Below, in pieces: positions 11,902 through 22,855 of a stretch of DNA of 64,000 nt. The stretch comes from Owenia fusiformis. Lineage: Eukaryota. The stretch's first letter is position 1; every line of letters begins with the position of its first letter. The stretch lies in assembly GCA_903813345.2 (NCBI GenBank), contig CAIIXF020000001.1, positions 3,906,001 to 3,970,000 on the forward strand, in the 5' to 3' direction. The notes below the pieces were generated by a model. That model worked only from the letters and a program-made list of their open reading frames with translations. It had not been told where the DNA came from and searched no databases. Made by a program: the position numbers and the translations under genes.

Positions 11902-14900
11902 ATGGCTTCTTCAAATGGAAATGGAGAGATTCCAAAAAGCATTAAGTTCTTATTCGGAGGCACAGCAGGGTAAGACATTTATTATTGTTTTTATTACGAA
12001 GTGGTTTTGTCACTTTCACTGATCACCTCACATCTTCCTTTTCCATTCTGATCATAATTGATTCCGATTGTCCAAATCCCTGTGGTCCAAATCACAGAGA
12101 TTCATGTTAGAACCTCAAAGGGACAGCATCTTTTCCATTCAGTCGAGGTTGAGCCATGCAGTCGAAATTAAGCCATGCAACCGAAGCTAAGCCATACAAC
12201 CGAATTGTACCGATTCAATCTGACGGAGAATGCCGAGCCTCTCTTTTTGACCAATAAGATACGTCCTCTTCACATTCGTGGTACTCGGCCAACTTCGTTT
12301 GCAAAGAAAATCTTCAGCAATTTCTGGCTTTTCTTGAGGTATCTTCGGTTGCAAGCCAAAAGTTGACACCCAAACCTCAAAGTCGTGACTGACTGGAGCA
12401 GCATGTCAGACTAAAATTTGTATCATTCAAATTAGGGTAATTAGAGCAACATGAACAGAAAGTAGAATCGTCCCAGGAAAACAACTGAAATTACTAGACC
12501 TGAAAGGGAATGTGCTAAATTCAGTGCCCCGTTCAGGAATCGAACCTAGGACTTTTCGCTTACAAGATTGACGCTCTTCCACTTTAGCCAAAAGGACCAG
12601 CCTGCAGCCAGTACAGCTGTAGACTGTAGTAATGACTTGCTATAGGCTCTATAGAGGGTCTACACAATCCTCCCTGAAGGACGATGTCCTGTTATAACTG
12701 ATACACAAGGGAGCTACAGTGGGAGCCACTGAAGGAGCGTTGAGAGGCTGCTAGAGTTTTCCTTTTTTTACAAAGGAAAGCAGAACCTAGCAGCCATCAA
12801 CGTGCCTCAATACTTCAGCCAACAGATCAATATCAACACTAGGTTGTATCATCCTTCTAAGTTCATACAACCATCAACTAGAACAGATGCATACAAATTT
12901 AGCTATTTCCCTAGGACTATAGCTAAATGGAACACTCTACCTGGTGACATCTTAGACTGTGACAGTCTAAGTAGTTTTAAATCATCATACTATGCCTATG
13001 TCAATAAATGCAATTAAATAGGTGTGTTTTTTCACATGTAGATTTCAAATATGACATCACTTAATTTTGAATATTAATGACGCAAATCAAGATTATTTCT
13101 ACTTTCATCTAGTCTATTAAGCCCGAGGGATCGTTCTGCCCAATTTGTTTGCTGTCTTTTGTTTATTTTATCATTATTACTTTTATTTTTTTCATTACAG
13201 ATGTGCCGCTACACTTTTTGTGCAGCCTTTAGATCTGGTGAAAAATCGAATGCAGCTTAGTGGTAGGTTTTTGTTTAATTATTATCTAATAGATGGGTAA
13301 CTGGTGGGTCTATCAAGATAAAGCATAAAGTACAGGGTATGATTAGGTACAAAGTATGAAGATCTCTGATTAGAATGAAGGAATGCTAAGGTACACCCAA
13401 GAGAGATCATGTACTTTCGAGTGTTTATTATCATATCGAATAGAGTTCAAGTAAGGATATAGAGAAGCTGTTCATACATATGTCCATTCATTCGTCTGCG
13501 TGTTCATTGAACTGTATGTTTGTCTGCCCAAACAATAATTCATATACTGGTCGACTTTGAAAAGTGTTTCACGAATGGAGGTTTTGTACTTACAAAGGCG
13601 TTCCACTTGAAAGGTTTCACTGAATCTTTTTTTATAGGTGAAGGAGGTAAAGCAAGAGAACACAAAACAAGTTTTCACGCTCTAAGAGCTATCTTGAAAA
13701 ATGAAGGTGTCACAGGAATATACACAGGGTGAGCTTTATTTTTGTAAAAAAGATTCATATTCAAAGAAGGGTTTAAAAATAGCAAAAATACCTTTACTGA
13801 CATTGATTAATTTTTTGTTGAATGAGTTGTACAAGAAATAGATGACTTGCTATGAATAGATAGATAAAGTTCATAAAAATATAAGAATCTAAATTTTGAT
13901 TATTGTTGTATTTCAGGCTGTCAGCTGGGCTTCTTAGACAAGCAACATACACTACAACTAGACTAGGGGTATACACAACCCTATTTGATAAATTTAAAGG
14001 GTAACTACTATTTTATTAGAATTTTCATAGACAGCATGTTTGTCGTTTTGCTTAAATGATTATACCAGTGGAAGTTTGAGATTTATCAAAATAATAACCT
14101 CAAAACCTGAAACTGTACCAGATTTTATAGAAAGCAAAATGGAAAAAAAATTACAGAGAATTTCAAACCTGATTTTTTTGTATTATAGAAAAGATGGCAG
14201 TCCACCAGGTTTCTTTACCAAGGCTGGGATAGGTGTCACAGCTGGAGCCATAGGTGCATTTGTAGGAACTCCTGCTGAAATCTCTCTTATACGAATGACT
14301 GCAGATGGTAGGTATGTACAAATAACACTACATGTTTTAACTTGCTTCTTATTTCTGCTTTGCGTGACTGAAAATTAGTGTTCAAGTTAGTATATGGATA
14401 TAAGTGTAGTTTTACTTAAGTAACATTATCAAGTAAACTTTAGATAAATCCATAATTTAAAGCCTTAATTTTATTTCCTCGAGTAAAGTACTATAATGTG
14501 GCATCCAATAAATATGCATAGAAGTGACTGATAATTTACTTGTTAAATGCATCCTAGTTGTAACTGTCCACTGTTCTAATAGACTCCATTAATACCTCTA
14601 CAATTACTTTATGTGTTACAAAGAATTGCAAAAATGGAAGTAGCAGGGCTAAAATCAAAACCTTCATCATTGAATTTTTTGTAGACTACCAGCTGCTGAG
14701 AGACGTAACTACACTAGTGCTTTCAATGCTTTAAGTAGGATCACCTCAGAGGAGGGCATACTTACATTATGGAGGGTAAGAAACATCACTATAGCATCAT
14801 TTTAAAGGTGGAATCTGTTATACAGAGGGAGAAAGAATTGGAATAAAGAATATAAAGGTTTCTATGTGCCCATAATCATTGTGTCAATGCCCATAATCAG

Positions 14901-17900
14901 TGTGGCAGATATAGCTCAAACATAGGATAAAATATTTGTTTTATTGTTTTGTCAATTGCTATCAATTGTTTTTGATCACATGGTACAGCATTAACCAATC
15001 AGAATACTGGAATTCTGATGCGCCTCAAAAAATATTTTCACTTCTGGAACACCTTCAATTTAAGCTCCAAGTAAGATGTTTGAAGAAACTTCATAAACCT
15101 TCAATACCTGCTGCCAATTCAAGTTGTTTAAACCTTCCGAGTCAAATTAAAGTTTTGAAAACATTTGAAAAATTTCAAAATTGAAAAAGTTTTTCTTGGA
15201 TCAACCTCAAACTGCACTTCAAGTCAATTAAATATAGCCATAAACCACAAAATTGTTATAGTATAGATGAAAACTGAAAACTGTTTTTTTTCTTCAAGAC
15301 CAAAATCACTTGCTACTTCAAATATATTCTACATCATCCAATATATTATCTTACATTTTGATATTTTATCATTTAACATAATTATTGAAATGCAGAAGTC
15401 TGTAGTTTTCTTGTGCAAGCTTTGATTATAGATAGGGGTATATATCAGTGTTGGCCCAAGGCTTGTTTATTGTATTGAATATTTAATTACCTCCAATTAA
15501 TAGAGAGTTACAATAAATAAATAATATTTTTAAGTGAACTACAAACAACTAAATGTATAATAAATTACAACATAATATGTTCAATAAGTGAATAAGATAA
15601 AATATGAATCCTGTAGTTAATATACACCGCTATAGTAGTGATTGCGGCCATCTTCATATAAGTAACGTAATTGCACACTTGCAGGGTGCTGGTCCAACAG
15701 TGTTCAGAGCAATGGTAGTCAATGCTGCCCAACTTGCCTCATATTCTCAGGCAAAGCAAATGCTAATAAACACAGGTATCTAAAGGAATCTGTTGTTTAT
15801 GCAAAATGCATGCATATATGTGTATATCTTTGAATATTCACTGCAACACACACAAATAATTGGGAGTGCAAATAGTTTATATTTGCCGAAAATGTTGAAT
15901 ATTTTGACTGATTACCCAAACAAAATTACATGTGACATTTAAAATTTATATAAGTATTACACAAGGCTTACATGTTAATAAAGGCTATCAATTTTAGGGC
16001 CTTATCTGGGAACCTTTGGGTTTTATTCAAAAGAAAACATTTGCACCCACAAATGTGTGTTCACACTATGAATATGAGCTGAGCTTTGTTGCTTGTTTTA
16101 TAATCCAGTTTAGCGCATTTGTGTACATGTGTTGCTTAGAGCGATTAGAGAGAAATTTTATACCAATTCAAAGATGGTGATTTATTTGAGTGATTGAGAG
16201 CTTCAAAGTTTGTCTTCCATTCAGTATGTATGAAACAAATAACATTTTGTAACTCATTTTTAAAAAACAATGACATGCAATTTGTAATATCTTCATCTAC
16301 CAGTATATGCATTTATTACAGGTTCTGTAGACCTCCAATGCTTGATACTTAGCAATAAGACTTTTGCACGCTGGTGACTTTGCGCCTTTATAAATAGTTC
16401 TTACACCTTAGAACTGTATCAGTTCAAAAAATCATAGAAGACTTAACAGAAATCATACCCTCCCCTATCCACCCAATTTATCCGATTTACGATCTTCATT
16501 GAGAAGAAATTTAAAATAATGCTTAAAATTGAATTCAAAATGAAATGGCTGCCTTTGTAAAGAATGTTATTTTTGACGACACAAATACTGGTTATCTAAA
16601 ATGTTATAGACTGGGGTCTTACAGGCACAGAAGCTTTGCTGGAGGGGGATTTTCTGATATTGATGCTTAATTCTCAATTTAATTTTAGCTTTCATAGTGT
16701 CACTAGTTCCTCATGAAAAAATTTAGGCTATAACTTGCCCAGTTTGTGTTATATGTCATTGGTGTTGTTTTGCCAAATGGAGACCACATTACTGCGTGGT
16801 TTGTGATCATTGACTTAAATTTAAAAAATCCTGATTTGAGAACATAATTATTTATTAATGTAAAATGCTGTTGTAAGATTCAATTTAGAGGTGTTGCATG
16901 TATCGCTTCTCTATTTATACCCAGCGCTTTTAAGAAATGATAAAAACACAAAACAACCCAAGATCAAAGAGTCTACCTAAGATACTATCTATTTATTTCT
17001 GCTGTTGTTTCATTTGTGTGTGTACTGTCGTGCATATTGTGAGTAACAGCCAACATTTAGAATGTAGTGATACATTTAGTGCATGTTTTGTGTTAATAGG
17101 GGGCTGGCCCCACTATGGTACGTGCTATGGTAGTAAATGCTGCTCAACTTGCTTCATACTCACAAGCAAAACAAACTCTGAAATCTACAGGTAAATATAC
17201 AGTATTTGACATACATTGACTATTGTAATAACTATTTGTTTATGTTTAGGGCCTTGGAGGGGGTAAAATATCTTTTTCTAGATTTTATAACAGATTTGAT
17301 TTCAAGACCTAACTTCAGTGTGGAAATTTTGTATCAATCATCATATTGATTAACTACCGAATGAATATCTATGTTACCTGTATATTCATGTATACCTATG
17401 TTCATGTTTGCCTATTCATTGCATTAGAGCTTCACCAAAAAATGAAACGGAGGGGGTAGCTGATATCTGTGATTTATTCATAAATGTTCTCATGAAAAGA
17501 AATCTTGAAGATTTGTCAAATTTTCTAGCAAAAATTGGCTACTCCCCCTTCGTTAATTTTTTCCAATCACTGGGTGTGTTCACAATGTAAAAAATCCATA
17601 TTATGCTTTTCATGCTAACTATCAAATTGAAAAAGTGATAGACTACAATTGATTGAAAATAAGCTCTTCTTCATTTCTTTTTGTATCTTTTTATTGATAA
17701 ATGAGAATAATGTAATTGTGTTTCAGGTTACTTTGGTGATAATATTTTCCTCCATTTCTGTGCCAGTATGATAAGTGGTTTAGTAACAACTGCAGCCTCA
17801 ATGCCCGTAGATATAGCTAAAACCAGGTAAGTTTCTATTTTGATAACAAAGAACAGACATCAGTGATGTACTTAGCATTGAAGTTCTTAAGACAGGGTTC

Positions 17901-19890
17901 ATGATGACTGATTGTCATGGATATTCAGACAGCGGTGAGGCAGATTTTGACCAACTGTGGACAGAATTATAAAATGAGGCGTTGAACACACTTGAGGAAG
18001 TGTCATGTTAAGAAACCTGCTATCCTTGCAAGTCACTATACATCCACAAGGATTGAACCAAGCTTTTTGTCAGTTAACTCTCAATTATTCAAGGGAGAAT
18101 TTCAGCGAGAATATTAATATAATGGTTATGAATGTCATCACATTTGCTATAATATGGTTTCGAGTTGATGTATAAATTAATTTTCTTTATTCTCATTTCA
18201 GGATTCAGAATATGAAGATGATAGATGGAAAACCTGAATACAGAGGTGCTCTGGTAAGTTTTACATGGAGGATTACTTCAAGGGTGTTATATTGCGCTTA
18301 GTTTGCTGGGCAGCCAGAGGCACTCGTTAACACAGGCTGCACTTTTTAGTAGGGGTGAGACGAGTCGAAAAAATCCGATTCGAGTCGAATCCGATTCGAG
18401 TCAGAAAATGACGATTCGAGTTTCGAATCCGTTTCGAGTCAGATAAAGTGCGAACAACATCGCTTTTGACCGTTCGTATTTTTAATGCATCAATGGTGGA
18501 AAGCCGGAAATATAAACAAACACAATTCGTCGTAAGTTTATTCTGATTTTATTACATATATTCTTTCATTTATGTGTACATACAATATAATAATTTAATA
18601 CAAGCATATCCAAGTCATTGAAACTTATATATTCAACGCAATATCGAGTAAAAACATGCATATTGACAGTATTTTTCTGAATTTTTTTATTTTTTCGAAT
18701 TTTTTTCTCAACTCGAAAATGATTCGATTCATCAACTTCGACTCGATTCGACTCGACTCGAAGCCCCAAACCCGCGAGTCCTCGACTCATCGGGTTGTCG
18801 TCTCACCCCTACTTTTTAGACTCCAATCAAGAATATGTGTTGCGGGATAATTGAGACTGTATCAGTTATAATAACAGACAAACCACTCTAAACCTTAGCT
18901 GATTTTAGGTTCACAGTCATGCAGTATTACACTGCAGAGAAAGATGAATCTCTGTCTGGAAAGCATCACTTGATTCAAACCTGGAGCTGCATCTATTATT
19001 AATTGATATTTCAATTGAGACCCAAACATTAGTCAAAAAAGTTTCGCTTGAAACTCTTTACAATTATACTTCGAAAAATTGAGACAGGGTATTTCAATTC
19101 TCTAGTTTTAAGGTTGTATCCCTTGGTACAACCTTCAACCTTTATAGTTCACTTTATTTTTGAGATGTTCACAGGCTATATTGTGTAGGCTTCTTACTAG
19201 GGGTGAGACGACAACCCGATGAGTCGAGGACTCGCGGGTTTGGGGCTTCGAGTCGAGTCGAATCGAGTCGAAGTTGATGAATCGAATCATTTTCGAGTTG
19301 AGAAAAAAATTCGAAAAAATAAAAAAATTCAGAAAAATACTGTCAATATGCATGTTTTTACTCGATATTGCGTTGAATATATAAGTTTCAATGACTTGGA
19401 TATGCTTGTATTAAATTATTATATTGTATGTACACATAAATGAAAGAATATATGTAATAAAATCAGAATAAACTTACGACGAATTGTGTTTGTTTATATT
19501 TCCGGCTTTCCACCATTGATGCATTAAAAATACGAACGGTCAAAAGCGATGTTGTTCGCACTTTATCTGACTCGAAACGGATTCGAAACTCGAATCGTCA
19601 TTTTCTGACTCGAATCGGATTCGACTCGAATCGGATTTTTTCGACTCGTCTCACCCCTACTTCTTACCATTGAGACATTCTTCATCTCACTCTTGATCCT
19701 TCGTGTTTTCCAGGATGTTGTTTATAAGACCATGCGGAATGAAGGCTTCTTCAGCTTATGGAAAGGCTTCACTCCTTACTATGCCAGGCTAGGCCCACAC
19801 ACAGTGTTAACATTCATTTTCCTTGAGCAAATGAATAAGTCGTATGCTAAATATGTTTTGAAGGACGATAGTGCAGGAGGTGGTTTATAA
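11902..19890 (+). CDS. SLC25A11: Mitochondrial 2-oxoglutarate/malate carrier (OGC), ~312 aa, 10 exons per isoform
   Basis: GT-AG exons with matching phases: 11902-11969, 13201-13262, 13638-13728, 13917-14000, 14189-14311, 14685-14775, [15685-15775 or 17100-17190], 17727-17826, 18202-18253, 19714-19890. Contains KFLFGGTAG, QPLDLVKNRMQLSG, GLSAGLLRQATYTTTRLG, TPAEISLIRMTADGRLP, MPVDIAKTRIQNM and KGFTPYYARLGPHTVLTFIFLEQ: three PX[DE]XX[KR] carrier motifs and OGC-specific strings. Confidence 0.96.
12524..12600 (-). mobile_element. tRNA-derived SINE-like head in SLC25A11 intron 1
   Basis: Minus strand GGTCCTTTTGGCTAAAGTGGAAGAGCGTCAATCTTGTAAGCGAAAAGTCCTAGGTTCGATTCCTGAACGGGGCAC has box A (TGGCTAAAGTGG) and box B (GGTTCGATTCC) but an imperfect cloverleaf. 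Confidence 0.55.
12711..13017 (+). mobile_element. 3' fragment of non-LTR retrotransposon ORF2 (C-terminal to RT)
   Basis: ELQWEPLKER*...TRLYHPSKFIQPSTRTDAYKFSYFPRTIAKWNTLP aligns by eye with LQWQSLQDRR...KYSFFPRTIVDWNALP of the LINE at 26631-27002; contains an in-frame stop. Confidence 0.8.
15685..15775 (+). CDS. SLC25A11: SLC25A11 alternative exon 7a (GAGPTVFRAMVVNAAQLASYSQAKQMLINT)
   Basis: TTGCAG| acceptor, |GTATC donor, 91 nt, phase 0 to 1; fits between exons 6 and 8. Confidence 0.85.
17100..17190 (+). CDS. SLC25A11: SLC25A11 alternative exon 7b (GAGPTMVRAMVVNAAQLASYSQAKQTLKST)
   Basis: TAATAG| acceptor, |GTAAAT donor, 91 nt, phase 0 to 1; fits between exons 6 and 8. Confidence 0.88.
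18350..18811. mobile_element. hAT-type MITE, copy 1 (462 bp)
   Basis: TIR TAGGGGTGAGACGA...TCGTCTCACCCCTA; 8-bp TSD CTTTTTAG at 18342-18349 and 18812-18819. Confidence 0.9.
19198..19659. mobile_element. hAT-type MITE, copy 2 (462 bp, inverted relative to copy 1)
   Basis: Same TIRs; different 8-bp TSD CTTCTTAC at 19190-19197 and 19660-19667; ORF 19219+ is identical to ORF 18566-. Confidence 0.9.
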
Positions 19891-22120
19891 TGCTGGCAGT
19901 ATTTAGCGCAATTACTAAGTTATGACATTGTATCATTTATGGGAATGTACAGTGCTTTTAAGCTTCAAGGATTGGATTTTATTGTGGAAGATTGGATCAA
20001 ATTTGTGTTGCAGTAAAATTAATAAAGATATCAAAGAATAAAAATATTTTGGAACAGTTGGTTCTCTTTGGAATGTTTAGCTTTGGGTTGGAACATTTTT
20101 AGTTCAGTTCACTTGTTAATTGTGTACATTTGAATCATTTAATGAACAAACTAAAAAGCAGAACTGAATTCAGGACGCAATGCCCTACCGTCTTGTCGTG
20201 CTGCAAGTTTCAGTAGATGAAAAGATAAGATAGTTGTGTTGCAGAACCAAACCAAAGTACAATTTCTTTGTTTTATGTTCCAAACCAAGGGTCTAAGCTC
20301 TGTACATAGCAAATCAGAACAAATTCAGGTATCCATAACACCTGTATTCATCATAATGCTTCCCTCTCAAGAGATTTAAAAGAATGAATTTGGCAGAAAT
20401 GACAACCGTGTAATTAAATTTAATACATATCACCTGTACTAATAATAATTGTGAATCTCATTTGCCATAGAATGTAAAATAAAATGAATTCTGGATTGCT
20501 AGTCAGGAAACCAGATCAGGGAAATTTGAAATTTAATTTTTTGAATTTTGTCTTGTCAAAATTGATATGTCAAATGTTCAATATTTAGCGTAAAAAGCAT
20601 AATATTCTATGATCTGATATCCCTTTTATCCCTAACTCCCATTACAAAATTTGCTATTATTCCTTTCATCATGGCCAGGTTGGGAAAAATTAAATTGGTC
20701 AGTAAGGGGTCAGAATTCCATTATAGTTTTTATTATAAAATTTGCCACCATAAACTGCATTTATTTATGTTTTATCCCAAATACTGACATATCAGCTGTA
20801 TAATTGTAGTTACTGTGGAGACCAGATATTCAAATACAAGTACCGGTATAAAAAGTTGATTTTATTGTTATTTATTTATTGTATAAACAAAGTCTGTGAT
20901 GTGACTTATTGAGATAAACTTAAATATACATGTGGCCTAGTTATCAAAAATGAAAATGATTTCTCCAAAGTGAGGTAAAAGTAGGCATATGGAGTTAATT
21001 ATCAGCAGTATGCCCTCGTAAAATTTTGGTCAACCCGCATCTCATTTTTTCTTATGTGATTTATGTGAAAGTTTAAGTTATATTATTTTCTTTATCACTG
21101 TTAAATGATATATCTGCTTCAAAAGGGCTCATTAGCCTAATGCACATTATTGACATAGACAGATTTTCAAACCAAATTGCTTAAAATATTTTTATTGAAA
21201 TCTGCCCAGATTGATCGATTGTTACAAATTTGGAGGGAAGTTAACTTAGCATTTGTAGCATTCATCATGGATTAACTGGATATATGAGTTCCTTTTCATT
21301 GTAACATATCGACTACCACCTGTTCTTTGATTAGTCTTATATTTGAATTTTAGTCATAGAGACTTGACGGGTTATTTCTTGGACATCAAACTTGTCAATT
21401 GATTCTTATATCCAGTTAACTATGGTATCCAATTAAGAGTTTAGCTGGCCCCAGCAATATTTTAATTGAACAGCTTTTACACCAGGAAATATGTCATACT
21501 ATTGGTCTGTTGGTCATATTTAGATGGCCAGTGTAACTGAAAGTCTCTTCAGAGGTCAGAGAGGAGCCACAATGGTCCGGGCAATAGTTTCAAGAAAAAC
21601 AATTTGACATTGTTTCATTGGAACTTTTGACATTCTGTAGGCCTAAGATTTAGAGATTAAAACAATTGAATAATTCACTTTTCACAATTCAATGTTTTAT
21701 TCTGAACAATTTTCTCATTCCAAATATTTAGAATATTTATATTCATATTACTTTAATGATGTTTTCAACACCTTACCATCGCAACTGTAGAGATGCACCT
21801 CTGCTTGTAGCTTAAATATTCATAAATACACAAAACATATGATAAACAAAATATAAAAACTACTTTTGAAGTAGTTTTGGGTAAAATACAATAAAACCTG
21901 AAAGTGGGCACCTCTCTTTGGTTCCAATTTTTTGATTAATCTTCAATATTTTAGCGTTTTGTGACATCAGACCTTCTAAAACAGTATTACTGTACATACT
22001 CCTCACACTGTCCCAGTAGTATTCACTTAGACATGTTTTACGGTAAATTCACTGATATTTTTCAAAAATAAGCTACTGCAAAGTTATTGCGTTGTATATT
22101 ATAACAATCCGACAATCAGC

Positions 22121-22565
22121 ACAGGGTTTGTACCAAATTAAGTGTGACCATTTTAGCGCGGGGTAAGGTACAACACGAGGGTAATGAAATTTGAGTAAAT
22201 GTCTGTAACAACATCCTAGACATTGAAATTGACAGTGAATTTCATAATCAAACCTACACAAACTGGTATAACGCTAGGTAGCATGGTAAGGTACAACACA
22301 AGGAAAGTGAATTTGCGGTATACTGTATCTCAGGTAAATGTACCCTCGCATTATACTGTATACTACATTGGGAGTTTGTGTAGGTTTAATTATGAAATTC
22401 ACCGTCTAGGATGTTGTTACAGACATTTACATAAAACATATCTAGAAACTAGACCAAATCTTTCTGAAACGATGACAACATCAGTTTGCTCAAATCGCAT
22501 CATCTTCATGTTGTACTTTACCCTGTGCATTCAACTGTCACGCTTAATTTGGTACACACCCAGTG
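22121..22565. mobile_element. Palindromic MITE between the 3' ends of SLC25A11 and PARK7
   Basis: Outer TGTACCAAATTAAGTGTGAC / GTCACGCTTAATTTGGTACA; inner GTAAATGTCTGTAACAACATCCTAGAC / GTCTAGGATGTTGTTACAGACATTTAC. Confidence 0.65.
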
Positions 22566-22855
22566 GTCAGGGATAATGTTAGTTATTCTTTAAAATTAGT
22601 TTCAGTCCATGGTATGAAATTCCCAAGCCTCTAATAAAGGAACTGGTAAAGTATAGAAGGTTCCCAGTGGATGTGATAGTATCTGAGTAGTTCCATTATT
22701 TTCCAATAATAATTTATATCTCCATAATGAACATGAGATTGTACTGTATGTCAGTTCAGATATCAGTTAACTAGTCAGCTAGTATGCTCTATATGACCAT
22801 ATGCCAGAATAATGACATGGACTTTCTTCCCACCATCCATTTATTACAAAATAGC

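Noticed and set aside
15640-16180. Dscam-like docking/selector pairing for SLC25A11 exons 7a/7b (CCATCTT / AAGATGG)
   Set aside because: Only ~7 bp of complementarity, expected by chance; would need cross-species covariation to support it.
18566-19443. Identical 74-aa ORFs on opposite strands
   Set aside because: By-product of two inverted MITE copies; no transposase or other recognisable motif.
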